Positions 48,777 to 57,698 of a stretch of DNA of 64,000 nt are shown here, piece by piece. The number at the start of each line of letters is the position of its first letter. The stretch's first letter is position 1. The DNA comes from an uncultured Solirubrobacteraceae bacterium. Its GTDB lineage: Bacteria; Actinomycetota; Thermoleophilia; Solirubrobacterales; Solirubrobacteraceae. The stretch covers positions 1 through 64,000 of the forward strand of contig CAZPQW010000014.1 of NCBI GenBank assembly GCA_964588985.1, written 5' to 3'. The notes under the pieces were generated by a model that did no database searches, was not told the origin of the DNA, and worked only from the letters and a program-made list of their open reading frames with translations. The position numbers and the translations under genes are program-made.

Positions 48777-49706
48777 ATGAGTCGCGTCGCGATCTTCGCT
48801 CCGCACCCGCTGCTCACGGTGACACTCGAGCGGGAGGGCCCCGAGCGCGAGCAGGTGCACTTTCACCCTGGCGGGCAGGGAGTGTGGGTGGCACGAATGG
48901 CTGCGTGCATGGGCGCCGACCCGGTGTTGTGCGGCTTTCTGGGTGGGGAGAGCGGGGACATCCTGGAGGGGCTGCTCGGGAGACTCCAGGGCCATCGACG
49001 GCTGGTGCGCACCACGTCCGCGAGCGGCTGCTACGTCACCGACCGCCGCTCGGGCGAGCGCGAGCTGCTCACATTCACGCTCAGCGACCCGCCTTCGCGC
49101 CACGAGCTGGACGAGCTGTTCTCGCTCACGGTCGGCGAGGCGCTCACCACCGGCTGGCTCGTCGTCACAAACCCGATGCCGGGGGACGCGCTTCCGATCG
49201 AGGTGTACGGCGACCTCGTCGCGGATGCGCGCGCGGGCGGGGCGCGCACTCTCGTGGACCTCTCCTCGCCGCGCCTGGACAGCGCGCTGCGGGGCAGGCC
49301 GGATGTGGTGAAGCTCAACGACTGGGAGCTTGCGCAGTTCGTGTGCGGTCCGGTCTCCGAGCCGGAGCAGATGCTCGCCGCCGCGCGGCGGCTGCGCGAC
49401 GAGGGCGCCGGCGCGGTGATCGTCACCCGAGGTGAGCTTCCGGGTCTGGTGCTCAGCGAGCGGGGCGCGTGGGAGCTGCGACCGCCCCGTCTGACGCGAG
49501 GGTTTCGCGAGGGCTGCGGGGACGCGATGATGGGCGCCCTCGCCGCGAGCTGGGCTCAGGGTGAGAGCTTCGAGCGGGCGGTGCTCGTGGGCGCAGCCGC
49601 GGGCGCGGCCAACTTCCTGCGCCACGGGCTCGGCAGCGCATCTTGCGAGAGCGTCGAGCAGCTCATCGAGAGCGTTGCGCTGGAGCCGCTCACGGCAAGG
49701 GTGTGA
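48777..49706 (+). CDS. pfkB: PfkB family sugar kinase (1-phosphofructokinase-like)
   Basis: GGQGVWVAR, KLNDWE, VTRG, GCGDAM. Confidence 0.8.
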   Translation: MSRVAIFAPHPLLTVTLEREGPEREQVHFHPGGQGVWVARMAACMGADPVLCGFLGGESGDILEGLLGRLQGHRRLVRTTSASGCYVTDRRSGERELLTFTLSDPPSRHELDELFSLTVGEALTTGWLVVTNPMPGDALPIEVYGDLVADARAGGARTLVDLSSPRLDSALRGRPDVVKLNDWELAQFVCGPVSEPEQMLAAARRLRDEGAGAVIVTRGELPGLVLSERGAWELRPPRLTRGFREGCGDAMMGALAASWAQGESFERAVLVGAAAGAANFLRHGLGSASCESVEQLIESVALEPLTARV

Positions 49707-50409
49707 CAGGCTCCGCGCGCAGTATCGCCTGTGGCGCCTCGTCGGTCATCCAGATCATTCGGGCGGGCGTGCAGACGCTCGCGAGGCGCTCGAATCCGCT
49801 TGCGAGCCGCACGGGACGGCCCGCGAGCGAGGAGTGTGCGTCGCTGCCGAGTAGGTGAACGAGGCCGTCGCTCGCCATGCGCAGGACGAGATCGTCCGCG
49901 ATCCCCTGCGCGACGAACTCGGCCGTCCACTGGATCAGGCAGCCGCGACTGGCGAGCTCCCGCAGGCGCTCCTCGAAGTCGGCTCCGGCGTGACGCTCGG
50001 GGTGTGCGATTACGCACCCCATGCCTTTGCCTGCGAGTCGGTCGACGAGATCATCGAGATCGCTCGTGATGGGCCCGGGAGCGGGCTCCAACAGAACCCA
50101 TCCACCGGCTCCGCCGAGCGCCACCAGGTGGAGCTGCTCGTCGGTGAGACTGTCGGCCTCGGTCTGCGCGAGCTCGCCTCCCGGCGTGACCCGGACGCTC
50201 ACTCCCTGCTCGTCCAGCTCCTGCTGAACGGCCGCGACGCGTGAGGCGATCTCCTCGATCTCGACCGCGTGGTCGTGGCGGACGTGCGGGGTCGCGCAGA
50301 CCACGGCGATGCCGTCCTGCTCGGCCTGACGCGCCATCGCGACACTGTCCGTCATGTCGAGTGCGCCGTCGTCGAGGCCGGGCAGGATGTGGCAGTGGAG
50401 GTCGATCAC
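49690..50409 (-). CDS. CpsB/CapC-family PHP tyrosine phosphatase
   Basis: IDLHCHILPGLDDG, ATPH, AHPER, SDAH. Confidence 0.9.
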   Translation of the reverse strand: MIDLHCHILPGLDDGALDMTDSVAMARQAEQDGIAVVCATPHVRHDHAVEIEEIASRVAAVQQELDEQGVSVRVTPGGELAQTEADSLTDEQLHLVALGGAGGWVLLEPAPGPITSDLDDLVDRLAGKGMGCVIAHPERHAGADFEERLRELASRGCLIQWTAEFVAQGIADDLVLRMASDGLVHLLGSDAHSSLAGRPVRLASGFERLASVCTPARMIWMTDEAPQAILRAEPVTPLP

Positions 50410-50443
50410 CGTTGTGCAGGCTTCGGGCCGGCTCGGTTTGCGC

Positions 50444-50731
50444 TCACGACGCGCGCTCTCCGCGTCGTGAGTGAGATGGGCCGTAGGTCCTCTGCAGCTG
50501 CTGGACGCGCTCGCGCAGCTTGCGGTTCTCGACGCGCAGCGTGGCGGCTTGTCGGCGCGCGCTCGCCAGTTCTTGTGCGAACACGGGGACGATCATGCGT
50601 AGGTTGTGTAAACGGTCGAGCAGATGATCGCGATCGGACGCGTGAGCGTTCAGCGCGGGTGGGCCGATCCGCTGGGAGCTGATTTCCGGCGAGCGTGCCG
50701 GTGCTGGGGAGGTTGTCAATTGTGCTGGCAT
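50444..50731 (-). CDS. Hypothetical coiled-coil protein
   Basis: Heptad-like ELASARRQAATLRVENRKLRERVQQLQ; GGAG RBS. Confidence 0.55.
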   Translation of the reverse strand: MPAQLTTSPAPARSPEISSQRIGPPALNAHASDRDHLLDRLHNLRMIVPVFAQELASARRQAATLRVENRKLRERVQQLQRTYGPSHSRRGERAS

Positions 50732-50864
50732 CCGACGCTCCGATCTGGTGATTGGGCAGAGTTCAATATTCCGGCTGTCGCCCGTCTGTGGCATCCGCAG
50801 GCGCCACTGAGCCGGGTTGCGGGTTTGCCGAAGCGTTCCCGCACAGGCGGTGCGGCAGGCCGAG

Positions 50865-51398
50865 CTAGTGGCCGTTGACGTCGGTCCGAAGCTCGCCTGG
50901 AGGCCCTGGCTCGCCGGGACGGAGGTCCATCTGCCACCACTTCACGTCGTGCCATGCGCCCGCCTTCCAGCCGATCCGACGGTAGGTCCCGACCGGGACG
51001 AAACCCATCGCACGGTGCAGGCCGTCGCTCGCCGCGTTCGGTTGGGTGACCCCTGCACACAGGGTCCACAGGCCGATCGTTCGCAGCTGCTCGAACAGGC
51101 GTGTGTAGAGCTCGCGCCCGACGCCCTCACGGTGGTGGTCGGCGTGGATGTAGACGGCGACGTTCGCCGCCCAGCGGTAGGCGGCGCGCTCGAGGTGGGG
51201 CGACCCGTAGGCGTAGCCGAGCACGACGTCCTCGTGTTCGGCGATCACCCACGAGTAGGCCGACTCGATCCGAGCCGACATCTCCTCCACGGTCGGTGGC
51301 GTGATCTCGAACGACGCGACCGAGTCGGACACGTACGGTGCGTAGATAGCCGCACAAGCGGCCGCGTCGCGTCGAGGGTCGGCGTTGCGGATGAGCAC
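50865..51398 (-). CDS. GNAT N-acetyltransferase (YncA/Pat/ArsN1-like)
   Basis: IYAPYV..S.ASFE, GYAY, R.AYRW, GVG..LY, PN.AS..LH..MGF, G.K.G.WHDV. Confidence 0.9.
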   Translation of the reverse strand: MLIRNADPRRDAAACAAIYAPYVSDSVASFEITPPTVEEMSARIESAYSWVIAEHEDVVLGYAYGSPHLERAAYRWAANVAVYIHADHHREGVGRELYTRLFEQLRTIGLWTLCAGVTQPNAASDGLHRAMGFVPVGTYRRIGWKAGAWHDVKWWQMDLRPGEPGPPGELRTDVNGH

Positions 51399-51416
51399 TG
51401 TGCCATTCTCTATTAC
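51399..51416. promoter_or_regulatory. Putative bidirectional leaderless promoter
   Basis: Only 18 bp between divergent start codons; overlapping -10-like TGcCATTCT (+) and GAGAAT (-). Confidence 0.5.
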
Positions 51417-51716
51417 ATGAGCGCGGTTCTCGTCCGCTACCGAGTCAAGCCCGACCGCGCGGACGAGAACGCCGAGCTGGTGCGCGCGGTATACGAGGAG
51501 CTCGCCGCGCATCAGCCCCCGGGCTTTCGCTACGCCACGTTCGTGCTCGACGATGGCGTGACCTTCACGCACATCGCGTTCACGGACGAGGGGCACGAGG
51601 CGCCGCTTGCGCAGCTGGCCTCCTTCCAGCGCTTTACCGCCGCGATCGCGGAGCGCTGCGACGAGCCGCCGCAGACGACGCGGCTCTCGCAGCAGGTCGG
51701 CTCCTACCGACTCTGA
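51417..51716 (+). CDS. Hypothetical protein, ABM/dimeric alpha-beta barrel-like
   Basis: VRYRVKPD.A.EN..LV.AV..EL....P.G.RY. Confidence 0.75.
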   Translation: MSAVLVRYRVKPDRADENAELVRAVYEELAAHQPPGFRYATFVLDDGVTFTHIAFTDEGHEAPLAQLASFQRFTAAIAERCDEPPQTTRLSQQVGSYRL

Positions 51717-51721
51717 CCGCG

Positions 51722-52111
51722 TTACGCCGCGGCGACCTCGGCGAGCGTGCTCAGAGATGCGCGAATGACCTCCTTCTGAGTCTCGAGTCGAGCGGCCTCG
51801 GCCTCGGGGATCTCGACGTGGACGTTGATGCGCGTGCGCTCGCCGTCGAGCGGCTCGAGAACCCACTCGAAGACCAGGTCCGAGACCAGGCAGGAGACCT
51901 TCACCGAGCGCCCGTCGCGCTGGGTGTCGAGCATCTGAGCCATAGGGAAATCGGGGTAGCCGTCGGGGAACATCGTGTACTTGCCGTCCGTCCCGGGCTC
52001 GACGGTGGCGATCCCCGCCCACCACTCCGGGAAGCGCGAGGGGTCATACAGCAGCTTCCACACCTCCTCCGGGGGTGCCTGGGCGTCGGCGCTGTCATGA
52101 AAGGACGGCAT
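51722..52111 (-). CDS. SRPBCC family protein
   Basis: APPEEVWKLL.DP.RFPEWW; AAGGAG RBS. Confidence 0.8.
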   Translation of the reverse strand: MPSFHDSADAQAPPEEVWKLLYDPSRFPEWWAGIATVEPGTDGKYTMFPDGYPDFPMAQMLDTQRDGRSVKVSCLVSDLVFEWVLEPLDGERTRINVHVEIPEAEAARLETQKEVIRASLSTLAEVAAA

Positions 52112-55100
52112 GTGGGGCTCCTTGGTCGTTTTTCTCGAGCAGGTCGAGCTCGCTCTGAACGCGCTCCAGCTCCCGCTCCGGCTCGATCAGGCCGACGACG
52201 GGACGACCGAGATCCGCCAGCACCGCCGCCATCCGCTCGCCGCGCGACAGGCGCGAGAGCTGGCGCCGCCAGCCATCGGCCGCCTCCTGGAGGCGGCGGG
52301 CGGCGAGCGCGCGGTCGCCGCCGCGCCACGCGATCAGACCCTGGACGCGGGTGAGCCTCGGCACAAGCGTCTCGGGCCAGTCGCTCGCGCGCAGCGGCTC
52401 GAGCGCCGTGGCGCGCACCTCCGCCTCGGCCTCCTCGAGCCGGCCGAGGCGGGCAAGCGCCTCCGCACGGGCCAGGCGCGTCACCGCCGGGCTGATGGGC
52501 GCATCCTCCACCAGCGCCGCCTCCAGCAGCGTCGCGGCGAGTGACGCGTCGTCCTCGGCGAGCGCGACCATGCCGCGATCGTGTGCGGTGGCCGCGATCA
52601 GCTGGCGGTCGTCGATCCGCTCGGCGATCGCGGTGGCGGAGTCAGCGGCGGCGCGCGCGCCGCCGAGGTCGCCGGCGCGCAGCAGCAGGAACGAGCGCAT
52701 CGCGAGCAGCTGGATCTCCAGCGGAGCGAGCCCCTTGCCGGAGAGGACATCGTCGAGACGGTCGAGGAACCGCATCGCCCGCTCGAGGTCTCCCGCGGCG
52801 GCCGCCGCGCCCGCGGCGTTCGCCCAGCACCCGTAGGCGAGGTCCGGCCGTCCGGCGCGGGCGATCGCCTCTCCCGCCGCGATCGAAGGCGCGTAGGAGC
52901 CCTGGAAGTCTTCGCGCCTCACCGCAGCGAGCGCCCGCGCGTGGGCGACGTCGTAGGTGGAGAGGTCGTCGACCGGCTCGTCCGCGGTCAGGAGGTGAAG
53001 CTCCGCGAGCAGTCTCTCCGCCTCCTCGACGCTGCCCGCCACCGCCTCCGCCCACGCGAGCGCCGCGAGCGCCTCGCGTCGCTCCAGCTTGGCGGGGCCC
53101 GCGACGGTGTCCAGCTCCGCGAGCGCCTTCGCACAACATTCGAGTACGAGTGCGGGCACGCAGATCGGGCCGTGATACCAGCGTGCGCCGCGCAGCCACG
53201 CGCGCGCACGCTCCAGCGCGGGCGCATCGTGGAGCAGATCGATCGCGGTGGCGAACGCCTCCTCGGCCTCCGCACGGCGGCCGTGCCACGCCTCGACCTC
53301 GGCCAGCTCGAGCAGTAGATCCGCGCGCTTCGGAGCGATCGAGACGGCCTCGCGCAGATAGCCGGCGGCCTCCTGCAGCGCCGCCACCGCGCGCGCCTCG
53401 GCGGCTGCGAGCGCGAGCTGCTCGACGGCCTCCGAGTCGCGTCCGGCGAGTCGCAGGTGGCGTGCCAGCTCCGCGCCGCGCTGCGCGTCCGTGTTGGCGA
53501 GCAGGATCTGCGCCCACGCGTCGTGGAGTGCGACGCGGCGCGGTTCGGGGATCTCCGTGTAGACGGCTTCGCGCAGGAGTGCGTGGCGAAAGCCGACGCG
53601 ACGCTCGCGCGCGACGAACATGCCACTTTCGAGAGCCTCCGTCGCAGCCTGCGCCGGCTCGTCGATCGGCAGCGCGGCGATCTCGCGGGAATCGAGCTCG
53701 CGCGCGGCCACCGCGGCGATCTCCACGAAGCCCTGCGCCATGGCGCCGAGCGCCCCGAACGCGCCGGCCACGGCGCCGCGCAGACCCGCCGACAGCTCCC
53801 GCTCGCCGCGCGCGAGCGCGCGCGCCATCTCCACCGCCAGGAGCGCGTTGCCCTCGGACGCTTCGACCACGCGCTCGACATCGTCGTCCTCGAGCTGCGC
53901 GGCGCTGCGCGCGAGGTCGGCCACGTAGGTTGGCGCGAGTGGGCCGAGCGCGAGCTCCGCGTGCATCAACCCTCGCGCGCGAAGAGCGTTCTCGAGCGTG
54001 TCGGCCTCCACGCGACGAGGTCGCTCGCGCCGTGTGAGCACGAGCAGCACCGGCAGGCTCGCGACGCGCCGCGCTACGTAGCCGGTCAGCTCGAGGCTCG
54101 CGCCGTCGCTGATGTGCAGGTCCTCGAGCAGCAGCGCGAGCGGACGCGTGCGCGCGGCCCACTCGACGAGCGCGACGACCGCCTCGAGCAGGCGCGCGCG
54201 CTCGAGCTCCGGCGAGGCGGGCGGGCGCTCGGTCGGCTCGCGCTCGAAGCGCGCGTGGATGTCGGGCACGAGGCGGGCGAGATCGTCGGGCCACACGGCG
54301 CCCGGCGGCGGGCTGGGCAGGGTGAGGAGCATCTCCCTGATCAGCTCCGCCCACATTCCGAACGGCGCGGCGCCGCCGAGATCGAGAGCGGCGCAGGAGG
54401 CGGTTGCGGCTCCGTCTCGCGCGGCCAGCGCGAGCAGCTCGCACGCGAGACGCGTCTTGCCGATGCCGGCCTCGCCGGTGAGCGTGACGACGCCGCCATG
54501 GCCATCGGTCGCGAGCCTCCACGCTCGCCCGAGGCGGTCCAGCTCCTGCGAGCGGCCCACGAGCGCCAGCAGGTTTGCGAGGTCCGGCAGCGCGAGCGCC
54601 GCGGCGGGCTCCTCGCGAAGATCCTCCACGAGCTGGCGGGTGAGCAGGGAGGGAGCGACGGACAGCTCGCGGCGCAGGCGATCGGCTAGCGAGCGGTAGG
54701 CGAGCAGCGCGGCGGCGCGATCGCCCGACTGCGCGAGGCGAGCGATGAGGCGACGATGCGCCTCCTCACCGAACGGGTCGCTCGCGACCTGTTGGCGGCT
54801 CCACTCGATCGCGCCGTCGGCGTCGCCCGCCTGCTCGCACTCGCACGCGAGGCGCTCGAGCGCTTTCAGCAACTGCTCACGATGGGTTGCGCGTGCGCTC
54901 GAGATCCACTCGTCCTCGAAGCCGCTCAGCAGCTCGCCGTCGCACAGGGCGACTGCGTCGCTGTCGCGGCCCTGTTCGATCAGCTCCGCGAAGGCGCGGG
55001 CGTCGACCCACAGATCGGCGTCAGCCAGCGCGACGTCGTCGCGGCCGGCGATCAGGAGCCGATCGGCCTCCTCGCCGAGCGCCTTGCGCAGAGACCACAC

Positions 55101-55298
55101 CGCGCTGCGCAGGCTCGCACGGGCGCTCGCATCGAGCACATCGGGCCAGAAGCGCGCGGCGAGCTCGCCGCGCGACTGCGGGCCCGGGTGCAGTGCAAGG
55201 TAGGCGAGCAGCGACCAGGCGCGACGCGACGCGGGTGCGGGCAACTCCTTCCCGTCGCGCTCGACCCCCATCCGCCCGAGCACGCTGACTCTCAGCAC
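52095..55298 (-). CDS. BTAD/SARP-type transcriptional regulator with AAA ATPase and TPR-like region
   Basis: N-terminal wHTH (LLAYLAL, R..LA..FWPD), BTAD (DP..E.AH..L), GEAGIGKT, LEDLH, GNAL. Confidence 0.88.
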   Translation of the reverse strand: MLRVSVLGRMGVERDGKELPAPASRRAWSLLAYLALHPGPQSRGELAARFWPDVLDASARASLRSAVWSLRKALGEEADRLLIAGRDDVALADADLWVDARAFAELIEQGRDSDAVALCDGELLSGFEDEWISSARATHREQLLKALERLACECEQAGDADGAIEWSRQQVASDPFGEEAHRRLIARLAQSGDRAAALLAYRSLADRLRRELSVAPSLLTRQLVEDLREEPAAALALPDLANLLALVGRSQELDRLGRAWRLATDGHGGVVTLTGEAGIGKTRLACELLALAARDGAATASCAALDLGGAAPFGMWAELIREMLLTLPSPPPGAVWPDDLARLVPDIHARFEREPTERPPASPELERARLLEAVVALVEWAARTRPLALLLEDLHISDGASLELTGYVARRVASLPVLLVLTRRERPRRVEADTLENALRARGLMHAELALGPLAPTYVADLARSAAQLEDDDVERVVEASEGNALLAVEMARALARGERELSAGLRGAVAGAFGALGAMAQGFVEIAAVAARELDSREIAALPIDEPAQAATEALESGMFVARERRVGFRHALLREAVYTEIPEPRRVALHDAWAQILLANTDAQRGAELARHLRLAGRDSEAVEQLALAAAEARAVAALQEAAGYLREAVSIAPKRADLLLELAEVEAWHGRRAEAEEAFATAIDLLHDAPALERARAWLRGARWYHGPICVPALVLECCAKALAELDTVAGPAKLERREALAALAWAEAVAGSVEEAERLLAELHLLTADEPVDDLSTYDVAHARALAAVRREDFQGSYAPSIAAGEAIARAGRPDLAYGCWANAAGAAAAAGDLERAMRFLDRLDDVLSGKGLAPLEIQLLAMRSFLLLRAGDLGGARAAADSATAIAERIDDRQLIAATAHDRGMVALAEDDASLAATLLEAALVEDAPISPAVTRLARAEALARLGRLEEAEAEVRATALEPLRASDWPETLVPRLTRVQGLIAWRGGDRALAARRLQEAADGWRRQLSRLSRGERMAAVLADLGRPVVGLIEPERELERVQSELDLLEKNDQGAPHAVLS

Positions 55299-55327
55299 CG
55301 TTCAAGCCTACGGCACGTAGATGCGGT

Positions 55328-55360
55328 TTGACGCTCGCTTGACGCTCGCTCAACGCACCC
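55328..55360 (+). promoter_or_regulatory. 11-bp direct repeats, probable BTAD/SARP operator
   Basis: ttgacgctcgc-ttgacgctcgc-tcaacgcaccc between the regulator and the divergent operon. Confidence 0.65.
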
Positions 55361-55411
55361 CCGGTCAAGGTGCTCACACAGTCCAAACACAGCACCGACA
55401 AAGGAGCAGCG

Positions 55412-55774
55412 ATGAGCACCACGACGACATTCGACCTCGCGACGTTCACCAGGGCGATCGAGGAGCGCGACGCGAGCACCCAGCTGGCGATGTACGCGGA
55501 CGACGCATCGGTAACGCTCGCCGACCGCAACGCCCAGCCGGGCTCGCCGCGCGTACTTCACACCAAGGGTGAGATCGCCACATGGGTGGAGGACGTGTGC
55601 GCGCGCGACATGACGCACAAGGTCGGCCACACTGTCTCCGATGAGACCGGTGTGGCGTTCACCGAGGCGTGTCGCTACCCGGACGGGACGAACGTCCTGT
55701 GCGCCACGGTGCTCGAGATCGAGGACGGTCTGATCGTGCGCCAGGTCGGCGTGCAGGCATGGGACGAGGCGTAG
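55412..55774 (+). CDS. NTF2/SnoaL-like protein
   Basis: LAMYADDA, R.M.H.V, ACRYPDGT.V.C, DG.I..Q..VQAWD; AAGGAG RBS. Confidence 0.85.
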   Translation: MSTTTTFDLATFTRAIEERDASTQLAMYADDASVTLADRNAQPGSPRVLHTKGEIATWVEDVCARDMTHKVGHTVSDETGVAFTEACRYPDGTNVLCATVLEIEDGLIVRQVGVQAWDEA

Positions 55775-55776
55775 AG

Positions 55777-56067
55777 ATGCTCTACGCGATGACGGTCCGG
55801 CGACTGAAGCCGGGCACATACGAGGACTACGTGAACGCGTGGACGCTCGACGCGCTGCCCGCCGGCTGGACGCGCGTCACGACGGTGCGCAGCGTCGAGG
55901 ACGAGAACGAGGTCGTGTCGTTTGGCTTCTTCGACGGCTCGATGGAGGACCTGCGCCGCTCGCAGGAGCAGTTCGACTACGCGGGTCAGCGCGCACGGGT
56001 GGAAGAGTTCGTCGAGAGCACCGGCACGGATGGCATCTTCGAGGTGACGACAGAGATGGGGGGCTAG
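55777..56067 (+). CDS. Hypothetical protein (ABM-like barrel)
   Basis: RRLKPG.Y..Y..AW, NEVVSFGFFDG; 2 nt after the upstream stop. Confidence 0.7.
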   Translation: MLYAMTVRRLKPGTYEDYVNAWTLDALPAGWTRVTTVRSVEDENEVVSFGFFDGSMEDLRRSQEQFDYAGQRARVEEFVESTGTDGIFEVTTEMGG

Positions 56068-56069
56068 CG

Positions 56070-56930
56070 ATGAGCACGACCGAATTCGACCCGATCCGTT
56101 ACAAGACGACGACGCTCACGCAGTGGGAGGAGGCGGCCGATTCCTGGCATCGCTGGGGCCCGACGATCGAGACGTGGCTCGACGAGGCGACCGAGGCGAT
56201 GCTCTCGATGGCGAACATCGCGGCCGGCGGGCGCGTGCTCGACGTGGCCGCGGGGGCCGGCGGGCAGACGTTGCGCGCGGCGCATCGTGTGGGGCCGTCT
56301 GGCAGCGTGCTCGCGACGGACATCTCACCGCGGATACTCAGCTTCGCCGAGAGCGAGGCGCACGCGATGGGGCTCGAGAACGTGCACACGAAGGTGATGG
56401 ACGGCGAGTCGATCGACGTGGAGCAGGGACAGTTCGACGCGGCGATCTCGCGCGTGGGGTTCATCTACTTCCCCGACCAGCAGGCGGCGCTCACCGGTAT
56501 CCGTCGAGCGTTGAGGTCAGGGGGGAGGCTCGCGGGGGTCGTTTACTCCACACCTGAGGCCAACCGCTTCTTCTCGATCCCCGTGTCGATCATCCGTCGT
56601 CGTGCGCAGTTGCCCGCGCCGGCTCCGGGTCAGCCGGGGCCGTTCAGCCTCGGCGCGCCGGGTGCGATCGAGGCGGCGTACGAGCGGGCGGGGTTCACGG
56701 ACATCGAGGTGCGTCACATCGACTCGCCGCTGCGGGCCGCCTCGGCGGCGGAGTGTGTGCGCTTCGAGCGGGAGTCCTTCGGCGCCCTTCACCAGATGCT
56801 CTCCGGCCTGAGCGAGGCTGGGCGCGAGGAGGCATGGGGGGAGATCGAGCGGGAGCTGTCCGCGTTCGAGGGTGGCTCGGGCTTCGAGGGCCCGTGCGAG
56901 ATGATCGTGGCGGCTGGGACGGCGCCTTGA
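56070..56930 (+). CDS. Class I SAM-dependent methyltransferase
   Basis: VLDVAAGAG, ATDIS, FDAAISR, LRSGGR. Confidence 0.9.
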   Translation: MSTTEFDPIRYKTTTLTQWEEAADSWHRWGPTIETWLDEATEAMLSMANIAAGGRVLDVAAGAGGQTLRAAHRVGPSGSVLATDISPRILSFAESEAHAMGLENVHTKVMDGESIDVEQGQFDAAISRVGFIYFPDQQAALTGIRRALRSGGRLAGVVYSTPEANRFFSIPVSIIRRRAQLPAPAPGQPGPFSLGAPGAIEAAYERAGFTDIEVRHIDSPLRAASAAECVRFERESFGALHQMLSGLSEAGREEAWGEIERELSAFEGGSGFEGPCEMIVAAGTAP

Positions 56931-56943
56931 ACGGGGCTGTTGG

Positions 56944-57354
56944 TTAGGCGCGCAGCGACGCGTCGTCGAGCTCGAGGCCGACGACGCGCGCGACGCGGTC
57001 CAGGTCTGCGTCATGGGCGAGGAGGGAGGCGCCTCTTCGCCACGCGACCGCGGCGATCATGCAGTCGAGCATGCCGTGTGGTGTGACACCGGCGGCGCGG
57101 CAACGACGGTAGATGCGCACGGCTCCGTCGAAGTCGCTCACCGTGTCGAAGCTCAGGAGCTGGAAGCGCAACAGCAGCCTGCGCAGTTCGGCCTCACGCT
57201 CGCCATCGCGTGCCCCGGCAAGCACCTCCATCACCACGGGGTCCGTGACCGCCACCGGCCCATCGGTCGCGATCAGCTCTGCGAGGCGACGATCGACCGC
57301 GCTACCGGTTCCACGGTCGTACTCGACCCACGCGGAGGTATCCGCGAGGATCAC
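56944..57354 (-). CDS. vapC: PIN-domain toxin
   Basis: ADTSAW, E.L.G, DCMIAA, HD.D. Confidence 0.92.
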   Translation of the reverse strand: MILADTSAWVEYDRGTGSAVDRRLAELIATDGPVAVTDPVVMEVLAGARDGEREAELRRLLLRFQLLSFDTVSDFDGAVRIYRRCRAAGVTPHGMLDCMIAAVAWRRGASLLAHDADLDRVARVVGLELDDASLRA

Positions 57355-57563
57355 GCGAGCGCGGGCGGCGGGACGTCCGCAGGGGGCTCGGAGATTGCGT
57401 GTGCCCCCCGCATCCTCCGTGCTTCCTCGAGCGTCATGGGCTGCCCCGCGAGATGGCGCAAAGCGAGATCGACCGCCGCTGTCTTGGTTCGCACTCCGTA
57501 ACGGTCCATGATCGTCTGCACGTACTCATCCTCGATCTCGATGTTCGTCCGCACCGCACTCAT
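57351..57563 (-). CDS. vapB: VapB antitoxin
   Basis: RTNIEIEDE....M.RYG.RTK..AVDLALR; GTGA coupling to vapC. Confidence 0.9.
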   Translation of the reverse strand: MSAVRTNIEIEDEYVQTIMDRYGVRTKTAAVDLALRHLAGQPMTLEEARRMRGAHAISEPPADVPPPALA

Positions 57564-57599
57564 ACACCAATCATACACCAAGCGTGTAGAAGGCGTGTA
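57563..57599. promoter_or_regulatory. vapBC operator: nested palindrome
   Basis: TACAC (57563), TACAC (57574), GTGTA (57584), GTGTA (57595), symmetric about 57581. Confidence 0.65.
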
Positions 57600-57698
57600 A
57601 AGATGGGACGGCTTGTAGGAGAGGTTATCTCCGGCTTCGGGGCTCTCGTCGGAGAGCAGACCGAGCGTGTTTGCCTCGACCTCGGCAGCCGGTTGGCG

